A DNA stretch of 64,000 bases, from contig CALSOZ010000005.1 in NCBI GenBank assembly GCA_943788095.1, positions 1,851 to 65,850 of the forward strand, written 5' to 3'. Below are positions 28,512 to 40,089 of this stretch, piece by piece. Made by a program: the position numbers and the translations under genes. The notes below the pieces were generated by a model. It was not told the DNA's origin, did not search any database, and saw nothing but the letters and a program-made list of their open reading frames with translations. Position 1 is the stretch's first letter. Each line of letters opens with the position of its first letter. Source of the DNA: an uncultured Flavobacteriaceae bacterium. GTDB lineage: Bacteria > Bacteroidota > Bacteroidia > Flavobacteriales > Flavobacteriaceae.

Positions 28512-29402
28512 ATGAAATTACTAGACGGGAAACAAACAAGTGCAGCGATTAAAGTTGAAATTTCAGACGCAGTTTTAAAAATAAAAAATCAAGGAAAACG
28601 TGCGCCACACTTGGCTGCGATTCTTGTGGGAACCAATGGCGCGAGTATGACCTATGTCGGCGCTAAAGTAAAAGCCTGTGAGCTTGTTGGATTTGATTCT
28701 ACCTTGATCGATTTACCCGTTGAAACAACCGAAGCCGAATTGCTTTCTGAAATACACGCCTTAAATGACAATCCAGCGATTGATGGATTTATAGTGCAGT
28801 TACCTTTGCCAAAACATATCGATGAACAAAAAGTATTGATGGCGGTACATCCCGATAAAGATGTGGATGGCTTTCATCCGATGAATGTGGGGCGAATGGC
28901 GTTGGATTTACCAACGTTTTTACCAGCTACACCCTATGGAATTATGGAGCTTTTAGAACGCTATGAAGTACCAACTTCAGGAAAGCATGTGGTCGTCATA
29001 GGAAGAAGTCATATAGTGGGGCGCCCAATGAGTATTTTAATGAGTCAAAAACGCCCAGCGGGTGATGCGACCGTGACCATAGCACACAGTCGTACCACAA
29101 ATTTATCGGAGCTAACTTTAGATGCAGACATCATCGTTGCAGCTTTAGGGATTCCAGAATTTTTAACTGCTGAAATGGTAAAACAAGATGCAGTTATTAT
29201 TGATGTGGGAATTACAAGAGTTCCAGATGAAACCAAGAAAAGAGGCTATCGTATTGCCGGCGATGTTCATTTTGAAAGTGTCGCTAAAAAAGCAAGTTTT
29301 ATCACGCCAGTACCTGGTGGAGTAGGGCCAATGACCATTGCAATGTTACTTAAAAACACCCTGCTCGCCTGTGAACGTCACGCTGCAGCTGGCACTATTT
29401 AG
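28512..29402 (+). CDS. folD: Methylenetetrahydrofolate dehydrogenase/cyclohydrolase
   Basis: [26 protein letters not shown]. Confidence 0.96.
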   Translation: MKLLDGKQTSAAIKVEISDAVLKIKNQGKRAPHLAAILVGTNGASMTYVGAKVKACELVGFDSTLIDLPVETTEAELLSEIHALNDNPAIDGFIVQLPLPKHIDEQKVLMAVHPDKDVDGFHPMNVGRMALDLPTFLPATPYGIMELLERYEVPTSGKHVVVIGRSHIVGRPMSILMSQKRPAGDATVTIAHSRTTNLSELTLDADIIVAALGIPEFLTAEMVKQDAVIIDVGITRVPDETKKRGYRIAGDVHFESVAKKASFITPVPGGVGPMTIAMLLKNTLLACERHAAAGTI

Positions 29403-29820
29403 CAAAAATCTGAGACGTATCTTTAAAGGCTTTAAATTCTAAAGCATTCCCTGCGGGATCATAAAAAAACATGGTGGCTTGTTCGCCAACCTGACCTTCA
29501 AAACGGATATAAGGTTCAATAATGAAGTCGATTTTTTGACGTTTTAAATTCTCTGCAAACGTTTCAAAATGTTTCCATGGAAGAATCACCCCAAAATGAG
29601 GAACAGGTACTTGTTTTCCATCCACCTTATTTGTATGTAAATCGTTGTCAGTTTCTTTTGGTTTGAAATGAATCACGAGTTGATGTCCAAAAAAATTAAA
29701 ATCAACCCAATGGTCACTGCTGCGACCTTCTTCGCATCCTAAAGTTTCTCTATAAAAAACACGACAGGTTTCTAAATTCCACACCGGAATGGCTAAATGA
29801 AAAGGGGAGACTGAACTCAT
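29395..29820 (-). CDS. VOC/glyoxalase family protein
   Basis: [29 protein letters not shown]. Confidence 0.88.
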   Translation of the reverse strand: MSSVSPFHLAIPVWNLETCRVFYRETLGCEEGRSSDHWVDFNFFGHQLVIHFKPKETDNDLHTNKVDGKQVPVPHFGVILPWKHFETFAENLKRQKIDFIIEPYIRFEGQVGEQATMFFYDPAGNALEFKAFKDTSQIFAK

Positions 29821-30551
29821 TAGATTACTTTTTTAGAGTGTTTCAAGGTTTCGTTTAAAGTTTCCATCTCTAGGTCAGTTAAATCGCGATAGCTACCAAC
29901 CTCACTTTTCAAGTGGATGTTCATAATACGAGTACGTTTCAAGGATTGCACTTCGTAATTAAGGTATTCGCACATGCGACGAATTTGACGGTTGAGACCT
30001 TGTGTAAGGATGATTTTAAACTCAAAAGTACTGAGCTTTTCTACACGGCAGGCTTTGGTGGTTTTACCAAGTTCTTCTAATGGAATGCCTCCAGCCATGC
30101 GTTGAATGAACGTTTGAGAGATGGGTTTGTCAACTGTGACAATGTATTCTTTTTCATGATTGTTGCTGGCACGAAGAATTTTGTTTACGATATCACCGTC
30201 ATCGGTCAATAAAATCAACCCTTCACTATCTTTATCTAAGCGTCCAATTGGAAAAATTCGACTTGGATAATTGATGAAATCAATAATATTATCTTTTTCA
30301 ACGCCGGTATCGGTTGTGCAAACAATTCCAACAGGCTTATTAAAAGCAATATACGTTCGTTTTTTGGCATTATTAAGGATAGTTTTTCCATCCACTTTTA
30401 CGGTATCCCCTTGTACGACTTTCGTTCCCATTTCTGGAACGACACCATTAATCGTCACACGCCCTTCGTCGATCAGTTTGTCGGCGGCACGGCGCGAGCA
30501 ATATCCGGCTTCGCTTAAGTATTTATTCAGTCGTGTTAAAGTTGGTTCCAT
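29820..30551 (-). CDS. rluF: 23S rRNA pseudouridine synthase (RluF-like)
   Basis: S4 domain [34 protein letters not shown]. Confidence 0.85.
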   Translation of the reverse strand: MEPTLTRLNKYLSEAGYCSRRAADKLIDEGRVTINGVVPEMGTKVVQGDTVKVDGKTILNNAKKRTYIAFNKPVGIVCTTDTGVEKDNIIDFINYPSRIFPIGRLDKDSEGLILLTDDGDIVNKILRASNNHEKEYIVTVDKPISQTFIQRMAGGIPLEELGKTTKACRVEKLSTFEFKIILTQGLNRQIRRMCEYLNYEVQSLKRTRIMNIHLKSEVGSYRDLTDLEMETLNETLKHSKKVI

Positions 30552-30570
30552 CGTGCAAATTTACAAAAGT

Positions 30571-31401
30571 TTACTGTCTCAAAAATTTAATTAATTCATC
30601 GGATACAAAATCACCTTTAAGCGAGTGACCAAGACCTTCTGTTGAAATCAGTTGTGCGTTTTTAAATTGAGCGTTTATATCAAGCGCATCTTGATATGGG
30701 ATGATGCGATCTCTCTTATCGTGGATTAGCAAGCCTTTTATATCGATGTCTTTTGCGAAGTCTGCTGTAGAAAAATAATGAGGAGGGTGTCCAAATTTAA
30801 GCTCAATATATCTATCAATTCCTTCCGATACATTTTGGCTGTAGCCCATCATTTCTTTGTAGCGTTTCATGATACCTTTGAATCCTGAAGGGGCTCCAAG
30901 AAGTACAAGTTTTTTTCCATCCGCATAGGTTTGTTTTTTAAGAAAAACAACCAAAGCCATCCCACCAACAGAGTGTCCAATAAATGCTGTAGGTTTAAAT
31001 CTTTCACTCACAACATTTATAAATTCTGAATAGAGAATTGCATTAAAAGTAGCGCTTCCAGACCCGCCGTGAGCAGGGCCGTCCAAGGCAATCACATTGT
31101 ACCCTTCTTTATGAAGTTTTTGAATTTTATCACGCCAGCGTCCTGAATTACTTTCCCATCCGTGTGCTAGTAACACCGTTTCTTTATTGCCTTCCCATTG
31201 GTAGGTTTGAATGGGTAGTTTGTCGTAATGTAAGGTTGTTTTGGACGTCGCAGTTTCTAAAAATAAATTTATGTGTGGAGTCAGTTGTCCTCTTCTTGGT
31301 TTTGAGAATAATTTTAAGGCGAGTTTGGACGCATACGACGCATTGAAAAATCCAATACAATTAATGAGGGCGCCAACGAGCTTTGGGATAAGTGTTTTCA
31401 T
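30571..31401 (-). CDS. Alpha/beta hydrolase
   Basis: HGWES, GHSVGG, HDKRD, GLGH. Confidence 0.88.
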   Translation of the reverse strand: MKTLIPKLVGALINCIGFFNASYASKLALKLFSKPRRGQLTPHINLFLETATSKTTLHYDKLPIQTYQWEGNKETVLLAHGWESNSGRWRDKIQKLHKEGYNVIALDGPAHGGSGSATFNAILYSEFINVVSERFKPTAFIGHSVGGMALVVFLKKQTYADGKKLVLLGAPSGFKGIMKRYKEMMGYSQNVSEGIDRYIELKFGHPPHYFSTADFAKDIDIKGLLIHDKRDRIIPYQDALDINAQFKNAQLISTEGLGHSLKGDFVSDELIKFLRQ

Positions 31402-31772
31402 GAATTTTTAGGGGCTTCTCTGTGAACGCGATCCATTGAAAATGCAGGCGTGCAGATCGCTAAATATTCACATGGGGCATCAAATGGATTTGAATATTGA
31501 ACACGTGTATTTTTTTGAATTTTAATGGATTGTCCTTGTTCTAAAACAAGCGTGTCTCCGTCAATTATAAACTGTTTTTTTCCTTTGATGATGTAAGTGT
31601 ATTCGTCAAATTCAGGTGTCTGAAAGGGTTCGCTCCAACCTGGAGGCGCAACCATATGGGCAATACTTAGTGCAGCATTGCCATCAGTTGCATTGCCAAA
31701 ATGCTCTTCAATTAATTTTCCGTCAGTCGTCGGAACGACAAAAGGCGATGTTTGTATTTTATAAGATTTCAT
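31398..31772 (-). CDS. Cupin domain protein
   Basis: WSEPFQTPEFDEY, cupin strand pattern. Confidence 0.82.
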   Translation of the reverse strand: MKSYKIQTSPFVVPTTDGKLIEEHFGNATDGNAALSIAHMVAPPGWSEPFQTPEFDEYTYIIKGKKQFIIDGDTLVLEQGQSIKIQKNTRVQYSNPFDAPCEYLAICTPAFSMDRVHREAPKNS

Positions 31773-31775
31773 CGT

Positions 31776-32330
31776 TTAATACCATTGAATGTAAAAGTCC
31801 TTTATTTTTGCAGATTCTGGAATTGAAATGGCTTCAATTTTTTGATTCATATTGTAGCGCATATCCTCCGGTAGTTCTGATTTACTCAACGTAAAATAGA
31901 GATTGAGTTCATCTACCGAAATGATAAGGCTTCGCAGTGTGTTTTGAATACTCGAAATGGTGTATTTCGAATTGATCTCGCCAAAAGTGCTGAGTGTGTT
32001 TAAGCCGTCTTTGTTCTTAAAACGTTTGTCCATCACACGCACGGTACGGATGGTGGATAAAGAGTCGAGAGAATAATTTGGATTGAGTTCTAATAACAAT
32101 GTACCGGTTCCTTTTTCATAAACACTAATGGTGTTGGTGCTTCCGGTGAATTCATCGCCCCCAATGTATTTACTGATAGAATCGTTTATGAAAACGACTT
32201 TCAGTTGGTTTATTTTTGTAGAGTCTGTAAGGAGTCCTATGCTGTGTTTGGTAATGGCAAATGGGTTGGTTTTTGATTCGCATCCCATTAATAGGCCTGC
32301 CAATAATCCGATAAATAAATAGTGTTTCAT
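31776..32330 (-). CDS. Hypothetical lipoprotein
   Basis: MKHYLFIGLLAGLLMG-C lipobox; start moved to 32330. Confidence 0.78.
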   Translation of the reverse strand: MKHYLFIGLLAGLLMGCESKTNPFAITKHSIGLLTDSTKINQLKVVFINDSISKYIGGDEFTGSTNTISVYEKGTGTLLLELNPNYSLDSLSTIRTVRVMDKRFKNKDGLNTLSTFGEINSKYTISSIQNTLRSLIISVDELNLYFTLSKSELPEDMRYNMNQKIEAISIPESAKIKDFYIQWY

Positions 32331-32518
32331 GGTTAGTTTTGTATGCAACAATGCTAAATTACTTTTATTGAAATTCCAAATGCTTTGGGATCAATGTAAT
32401 TTAATGGCCTTGTTTTGGTTACTAATGATTTTTGGTATTGGTTGGTATTTAAAATTTGAGTAAAAATAAATGAAGTTTTATTACTGAAACAACAAACAGT
32501 GAACTATTTTTGCGCATT

Positions 32519-33151
32519 ATGTTAAAGACAGAAATTAAATCGCTAGTAAATGCCGGAAAAATGCTCCCTCTTATGGAAGCGTTTTATACCATTCAGGGGG
32601 AAGGATTCCACAAAGGAACCGCTGCCTATTTTATAAGAATAGGAGGTTGTGATGTTGGTTGCCATTGGTGTGATGTCAAAGAAAGCTGGAATGCCGATTT
32701 ACATCCGCCAACACCTATAGACACCATTGCTGAGGATGCTGCTAAAGAAAGTCAAACCATTGTGGTTACGGGTGGTGAGCCCTTGATGTGGGACATGAAT
32801 CCATTGACCGCCGAATTAAAATCAAAGGGCATGCAAACCCATATTGAAACCTCTGGGGCGTATAAGCTTAGTGGCGATTGGGATTGGATTTGTTTGTCGC
32901 CTAAAAAATTAAAAGGCCCTTTAGATGAGGTGTATCAAAAAGCACACGAGCTTAAAGTGATTGTTTACAACCTTGATGATTTAAAGTATGCAGAAGAACA
33001 GGCCGCCAAGGTAAATCCAAACTGTATTTTGTACCTCCAACCCGAGTGGAGCAAGCGCGACAAAGTCACGCCTTTTATTGTGGATTACGTCATGAAACAC
33101 CCCAAATGGAAAGTATCGCTTCAAACGCATAAGTATTTGAATATTCCTTAA
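32519..33151 (+). CDS. queE: 7-carboxy-7-deazaguanine synthase (radical SAM)
   Basis: FYTIQGEG, CDVGCHWCD, TGGEP, SLQTHK. Confidence 0.92.
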   Translation: MLKTEIKSLVNAGKMLPLMEAFYTIQGEGFHKGTAAYFIRIGGCDVGCHWCDVKESWNADLHPPTPIDTIAEDAAKESQTIVVTGGEPLMWDMNPLTAELKSKGMQTHIETSGAYKLSGDWDWICLSPKKLKGPLDEVYQKAHELKVIVYNLDDLKYAEEQAAKVNPNCILYLQPEWSKRDKVTPFIVDYVMKHPKWKVSLQTHKYLNIP

Positions 33152-33170
33152 TTAAAAAATAAATGTCAGC

Positions 33171-33716
33171 TTATTTTGTAAAAGGTACGGCAACTCTAAC
33201 GGCTCCCCAACCTATGTGCATATGTATGCCGCCATCTGATTTTTCAAAAGCAATAGAAAATGCTTCTAAATTTTCTTCACCTTTTGATACTGGCACATCA
33301 ATACGTGCAACATCATTTTTTTCGTTATAGAAATAACTTCCCCAAACATTTAAGTCCGTACTAACAATCGCAGTCCATTCTGTCTCTCCAGGAAGTAGAT
33401 AAAAAGTATAAGTGCCAGCTTTAATTTTAGTGTTGCCTAACATCATGTCTGTGTATAACGTTAACTCTGCAGCTTCATTTGCCCCAGTTCTCCATACCTT
33501 TCCTTTGGGAGCTAATTCAGCAACCGAACGTCCTTTCAGTTGCGGACGGCTGTATGTTATTTTAATAAGCTTTTCTGATTTTTTGTAAGAACTAGGAAAG
33601 GCTGATGCATCCATAGGACTTTTGTCTAGCCCTTTAAATTTCTGAGCATTTACATTAAACGATACTAACATTAAAAATGTAAATACAATTGAGGTCATAA
33701 AATTCGATTTTTTCAT
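33171..33716 (-). CDS. DUF2911-like secreted protein
   Basis: YSRPQLKGR, VWRTGANEA, WG motifs. Confidence 0.85.
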   Translation of the reverse strand: MKKSNFMTSIVFTFLMLVSFNVNAQKFKGLDKSPMDASAFPSSYKKSEKLIKITYSRPQLKGRSVAELAPKGKVWRTGANEAAELTLYTDMMLGNTKIKAGTYTFYLLPGETEWTAIVSTDLNVWGSYFYNEKNDVARIDVPVSKGEENLEAFSIAFEKSDGGIHMHIGWGAVRVAVPFTK

Positions 33717-34042
33717 AATAATTGAGATGTATTAGTGTTTCGTTAAAATTACTTTTTAATAGCCTAAATAGTGGTAAATAAATGCTAAAGTTTATGGATT
33801 TAATTTTTGAATTAGTTTTCTTGTCTCCGCTCCGTGTTCTATGACTTAAACAAATATAATTTCAATTAATTATAAACAAAGGACTTAATATATATAACTT
33901 TTTGGCTGGATTAGCATTCATCTAGTTACATTTATATATTAATTATATATATTTAATTATAAATTATAATCATTTTATTAATTATTATATATAATATATA
34001 ACTTAAAATCCATCTTTGCTGCTTAATATTCAATAAACTATT

Positions 34043-35710
34043 ATGTGTGGAATTGTATGTGCCTTTGATTTAAAACAAAAATCAGAAATTTTAAGACCTC
34101 AAGTCCTTGAGATGTCCAAAAAAATAAGACACCGTGGACCGGACTGGAGCGGTATCTATAGTGATGAAAAAACAGTGATGTCGCATGAGCGTCTCGCAAT
34201 TGTGGACCCTGCTTCTGGAATGCAACCGCTGTTCAGCGAAGACAAAAAGCTTATTTTGGCAGCCAATGGCGAAATCTATAACCACCAAGAGATTAGAAAG
34301 CAATTCGAAGGAAAATATGCTTTTCAAACCCAAAGTGACTGTGAGGTTATTTTGGCACTTTATAAAGAAAAAGGCGTTGATTTTGTAGATGACTTAAACG
34401 GAATTTTCGGATTTGCAATTTACGACGTCGAAAACGACGAATATTTTATTGCACGCGATCACATGGGCATCATTCCTTTATACATAGGGTGGGATCAAAA
34501 CGGCACTTTTTATGTGGCATCAGAATTAAAAGCTTTAGAAGGAACGTGTTCTAAAATTGAGTTATTTCCACCAGGGCATTATATGTCTAGTAAAGATGGG
34601 AAGTTTGTGCAATGGTACAAAAGAGATTGGAGAGATTACGATGCAGTAAAAGAGAACGAAACAAGTATTGCAACAGTTAAAGAAGCATTAGAAGCTGCTG
34701 TGCACAGACAGTTGATGTCCGATGTGCCTTATGGTGTTTTACTGTCTGGTGGATTGGATTCATCAGTGGTATCTGCAATCGCAAAAAAATATGCACAAAA
34801 GCGTGTGGAATCTGGCGATGAAACCGATGCTTGGTATCCGCAAACACACTCCTTTGCGGTCGGGTTAGAGGGCTCACCAGATTTAGCGGCAGCACAAGTG
34901 GTTGCGGATCATATTGGAACCGTACATCACGAAATTAAATTCACCATTCAAGAAGGATTGGATGCAATTAAAGATGTGATTTATAACATAGAAACCTATG
35001 ATATCACCACCATTCGTTCTTCAACGCCGATGTATTTAATGGCACGTGTTATAAAATCGATGGGGATTAAAATGGTATTATCAGGTGAAGGAGCAGATGA
35101 GATTTTTGGAGGGTATTTGTACTTTCATAAAGCACCAAATGCACAAGAGTTTCACGAAGAAACAGTTCGTAAATTAGATAAGTTACACATGTACGATTGC
35201 TTACGAGCCAACAAAAGTTTGGCGGCTTGGGGTATTGAGGGGCGTGTGCCATTTTTAGATAAAGAATTTATGGATGTCGCAATGCGCATCAACCCACAAG
35301 ATAAAATGATCAATGGGGAGCGCATGGAAAAATGGGTCATTAGAAAAGCCTTTGAAGACATGTTACCAGAAAGTGTCGCGTGGCGTCAAAAAGAACAATT
35401 TAGCGACGGCGTTGGCTATAGTTGGATCGATACTTTGAAAGAAGTGGTTGATAAAGAGATTTCTGATGAACAGTTAGCAAATGCTAAATTCAGGTTTCCA
35501 ATTCAAACCCCTCAAAACAAAGAAGAGTTTTATTACCGGTCTATTTTCGAAGGCCATTTTCCAAGTGATGCCGCAGCTTTAAGTGTGCCTCAAGAGGCAA
35601 GTGTAGCGTGTAGTACGGCGACTGCTCTAGAATGGGATGAGGCCTTTAAAAACATGAACGAACCTTCCGGAAGAGCAATTCTAAATGTGCATGACCAAGC
35701 ATACGATTAA
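34043..35710 (+). CDS. asnB: Asparagine synthetase B
   Basis: MCGI, HRGPD, LLSGGLDSS, SGEGADE. Confidence 0.97.
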   Translation: MCGIVCAFDLKQKSEILRPQVLEMSKKIRHRGPDWSGIYSDEKTVMSHERLAIVDPASGMQPLFSEDKKLILAANGEIYNHQEIRKQFEGKYAFQTQSDCEVILALYKEKGVDFVDDLNGIFGFAIYDVENDEYFIARDHMGIIPLYIGWDQNGTFYVASELKALEGTCSKIELFPPGHYMSSKDGKFVQWYKRDWRDYDAVKENETSIATVKEALEAAVHRQLMSDVPYGVLLSGGLDSSVVSAIAKKYAQKRVESGDETDAWYPQTHSFAVGLEGSPDLAAAQVVADHIGTVHHEIKFTIQEGLDAIKDVIYNIETYDITTIRSSTPMYLMARVIKSMGIKMVLSGEGADEIFGGYLYFHKAPNAQEFHEETVRKLDKLHMYDCLRANKSLAAWGIEGRVPFLDKEFMDVAMRINPQDKMINGERMEKWVIRKAFEDMLPESVAWRQKEQFSDGVGYSWIDTLKEVVDKEISDEQLANAKFRFPIQTPQNKEEFYYRSIFEGHFPSDAAALSVPQEASVACSTATALEWDEAFKNMNEPSGRAILNVHDQAYD

Positions 35711-35942
35711 AGAATTTTAAAAACTCAAATAAAGACTTCTGAAGCCTTTTTTTATTTTTTATAATTTACTACAACACTTCAACGTCCTTGAATTTAATTT
35801 AAGGGCGTTTTTAGTGGTTTTAAGAGCATTTCTCAAAAATAGCCAATTGTTAATAATTCCACTTAAAATACGTAAAAAGACTTTAAATTCGATTAGAGAT
35901 TAATTATCTTTGTTAGTGTGAATGTAGCTCTGCTATATTTAA

Positions 35943-37910
<1,968 letters not shown>

Positions 37911-37936
37911 AAAATTAATCCCTAAATATAATCAAA

Positions 37937-38983
37937 ATGAAAAACCTAATGTTCATTTGCACTATATTCCTTAGTGTGAATACAACCAACGCACAAGAAC
38001 TTGAAAGTGTTTTACTGGCATCTGATGATGCCAATCAACTTCTTGAAAATTATCTCAATCCTGTAATGAAAGGATTAATGACTAGTATGAATAACGGTTG
38101 GTACTCAACGGCAAAAACGCACAAAAAATTTGGATTTGACATCACGATTGGAGCCAGTGCGTCTTTTACACCCGATAAAGATCAAATGTTTCAATTTGTA
38201 TCCGATCAATATAATTACATTTCAGTTACTGATGGCGGTACAAGTATTCCAACCATTTTAAGTAAAGATGAAACAGAAACCGAACTTAACGTAACGGTTC
38301 CTTATGATGGAGATAAATTTAAAGTCGGCTCCTTCAAAATGCCTGGAGGAATCGCAAAAGATTTACCAGCCAATGCCACACCAGCACCATTTGTGCAAGT
38401 TGGGCTTGGGTTGCCATTCAAAACAACGGTTAAGTTAAGGTATGTGCCTAAAACAAATTTTACTTCAGATGTTGAAGCTAATTTAATTGGAGTTGGACTT
38501 CAGCACGATTTGACACAATATCTAGGGGTTGTTGGGAAGCTTCCATTTTCAGTCTCTCTGTTGGGCGCTTACACCACCGCAAGTGTCGAATATGCGATTA
38601 AAAATGATGATTTAACAGATCAAGTATCCGTAGTCAATGGACTGGCTCAATTTAAATTAAAGACTTGGACGGTTCAAGCGTTAGGGTCTTTGGATTTTAA
38701 AATTGTGACCATTTATGGGGGTCTTGGTTATCATGGCGGAACGTCCAGTTTTGATATTAAAGGCGATTATTCATTAACTTATGATATTCAAGATGCCGGT
38801 CAAAATAAAATATCAACATTTGAAGAAACAATAAAAGATCCTATTAACTTAGATTTTAAAACAAGTGGAACTCGTGCGACGGTAGGCGCCCGATTAAATC
38901 TTGCCTTTTTCAAAATTTTTGCAGATTATACCGTACAAGAATATAATACTGCAACTGTTGGGGTTGCATTTAGTTTTAGATAA
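37937..38983 (+). CDS. Outer-membrane beta-barrel-like protein (DUF6588-like)
   Basis: Signal peptide, NNGWYSTAKTH, amphipathic strands, C-terminal aromatic end. Confidence 0.7.
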   Translation: MKNLMFICTIFLSVNTTNAQELESVLLASDDANQLLENYLNPVMKGLMTSMNNGWYSTAKTHKKFGFDITIGASASFTPDKDQMFQFVSDQYNYISVTDGGTSIPTILSKDETETELNVTVPYDGDKFKVGSFKMPGGIAKDLPANATPAPFVQVGLGLPFKTTVKLRYVPKTNFTSDVEANLIGVGLQHDLTQYLGVVGKLPFSVSLLGAYTTASVEYAIKNDDLTDQVSVVNGLAQFKLKTWTVQALGSLDFKIVTIYGGLGYHGGTSSFDIKGDYSLTYDIQDAGQNKISTFEETIKDPINLDFKTSGTRATVGARLNLAFFKIFADYTVQEYNTATVGVAFSFR

Positions 38984-39011
38984 ATAATTACATTAATAAA
39001 TTAAAAATAAC

Positions 39012-39938
39012 ATGAAAATAACAGTAGTAGGTGCCGGAGCAGTCGGAGCAAGTTGTGCAGAATATATTGCCATTAAAAACTTTGCATCCGAAGTTGTTTT
39101 GTTAGACATCAAAGAAGGCTATGCCGAAGGAAAAGCGATGGACTTGATGCAATGTGCATCTCTTAATGGATTTGATACAAAAATCACGGGGTCTACCAAT
39201 GATTACAGTAAAACTGCGAATAGCCACATTTGTGTCATTACATCGGGAATTCCTAGAAAACCAGGAATGACTCGTGAAGAATTAATTGGTATCAATGCAG
39301 GTATTGTAAAAACAGTATCAACCAACTTGGTTGAACATTCTCCAAATACGGTGCTTATTGTGGTGAGTAATCCAATGGATACCATGACGTACTTAGCGCA
39401 TAAAGTCACAGGACTTCCAAAACATAAAATTATTGGAATGGGCGGTGCATTAGATTCAGCACGTTTCAAATACAGATTGGCCGAAGCTTTAAACGCACCA
39501 ATTAGCGATGTCGATGGCATGGTGATCGGAGGACACAGCGATGTAGGAATGGTGCCTTTAACCTCGCATGCCACTCGAAATAGTATCAAAGTTTCAGAAT
39601 TTATTTCAAGCGAACGTTTAGAGCAAGTCAAACAAGACACCAAAGTTGGTGGAGCGACACTCACCAAACTCTTGGGAACTTCCGCTTGGTATGCACCAGG
39701 CGCGGCAGTGAGTGGATTGGTTCAAGCAATTGCTTGCGATCAGAAAAAAATATTCCCGTGTTCAGTTTTATTAAACGGTGAGTATGGTTTATCTGATTTA
39801 TGTATTGGAGTTCCTGTTGTATTAGGAGCAAATGGTATCGAAAAAATTGTCGAAATCAAACTAAGCGATAACGAAAAAGCACATTTACAGACAAGTGCTG
39901 AAGGCGTTAAAAAAACAAATTCATTACTAGACGTATAA
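39012..39938 (+). CDS. mdh: Malate dehydrogenase
   Basis: VGAGAVG, PRKPGMTREEL, SNPMD, LDSAR, GGH. Confidence 0.96.
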   Translation: MKITVVGAGAVGASCAEYIAIKNFASEVVLLDIKEGYAEGKAMDLMQCASLNGFDTKITGSTNDYSKTANSHICVITSGIPRKPGMTREELIGINAGIVKTVSTNLVEHSPNTVLIVVSNPMDTMTYLAHKVTGLPKHKIIGMGGALDSARFKYRLAEALNAPISDVDGMVIGGHSDVGMVPLTSHATRNSIKVSEFISSERLEQVKQDTKVGGATLTKLLGTSAWYAPGAAVSGLVQAIACDQKKIFPCSVLLNGEYGLSDLCIGVPVVLGANGIEKIVEIKLSDNEKAHLQTSAEGVKKTNSLLDV

Positions 39939-40089
39939 TTAGATTGGTGGTGAGATTTGTGTCTTTCACTACAAAGGAGCCTATTACAGGCTCTTTTTAT
40001 TGAAAACAAAAGAATCTATTGTCAAATCACTTCGTAAATCATATATTTGCTCGTTTATATAAAATTAATACAGATTAAATTAACTAACA

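Noticed and set aside
33870-34010. Extremely AT-rich stretch with TATATA palindromes upstream of asnB
   Set aside because: It may be a regulator-binding region, but no specific motif can be separated from compositional noise.
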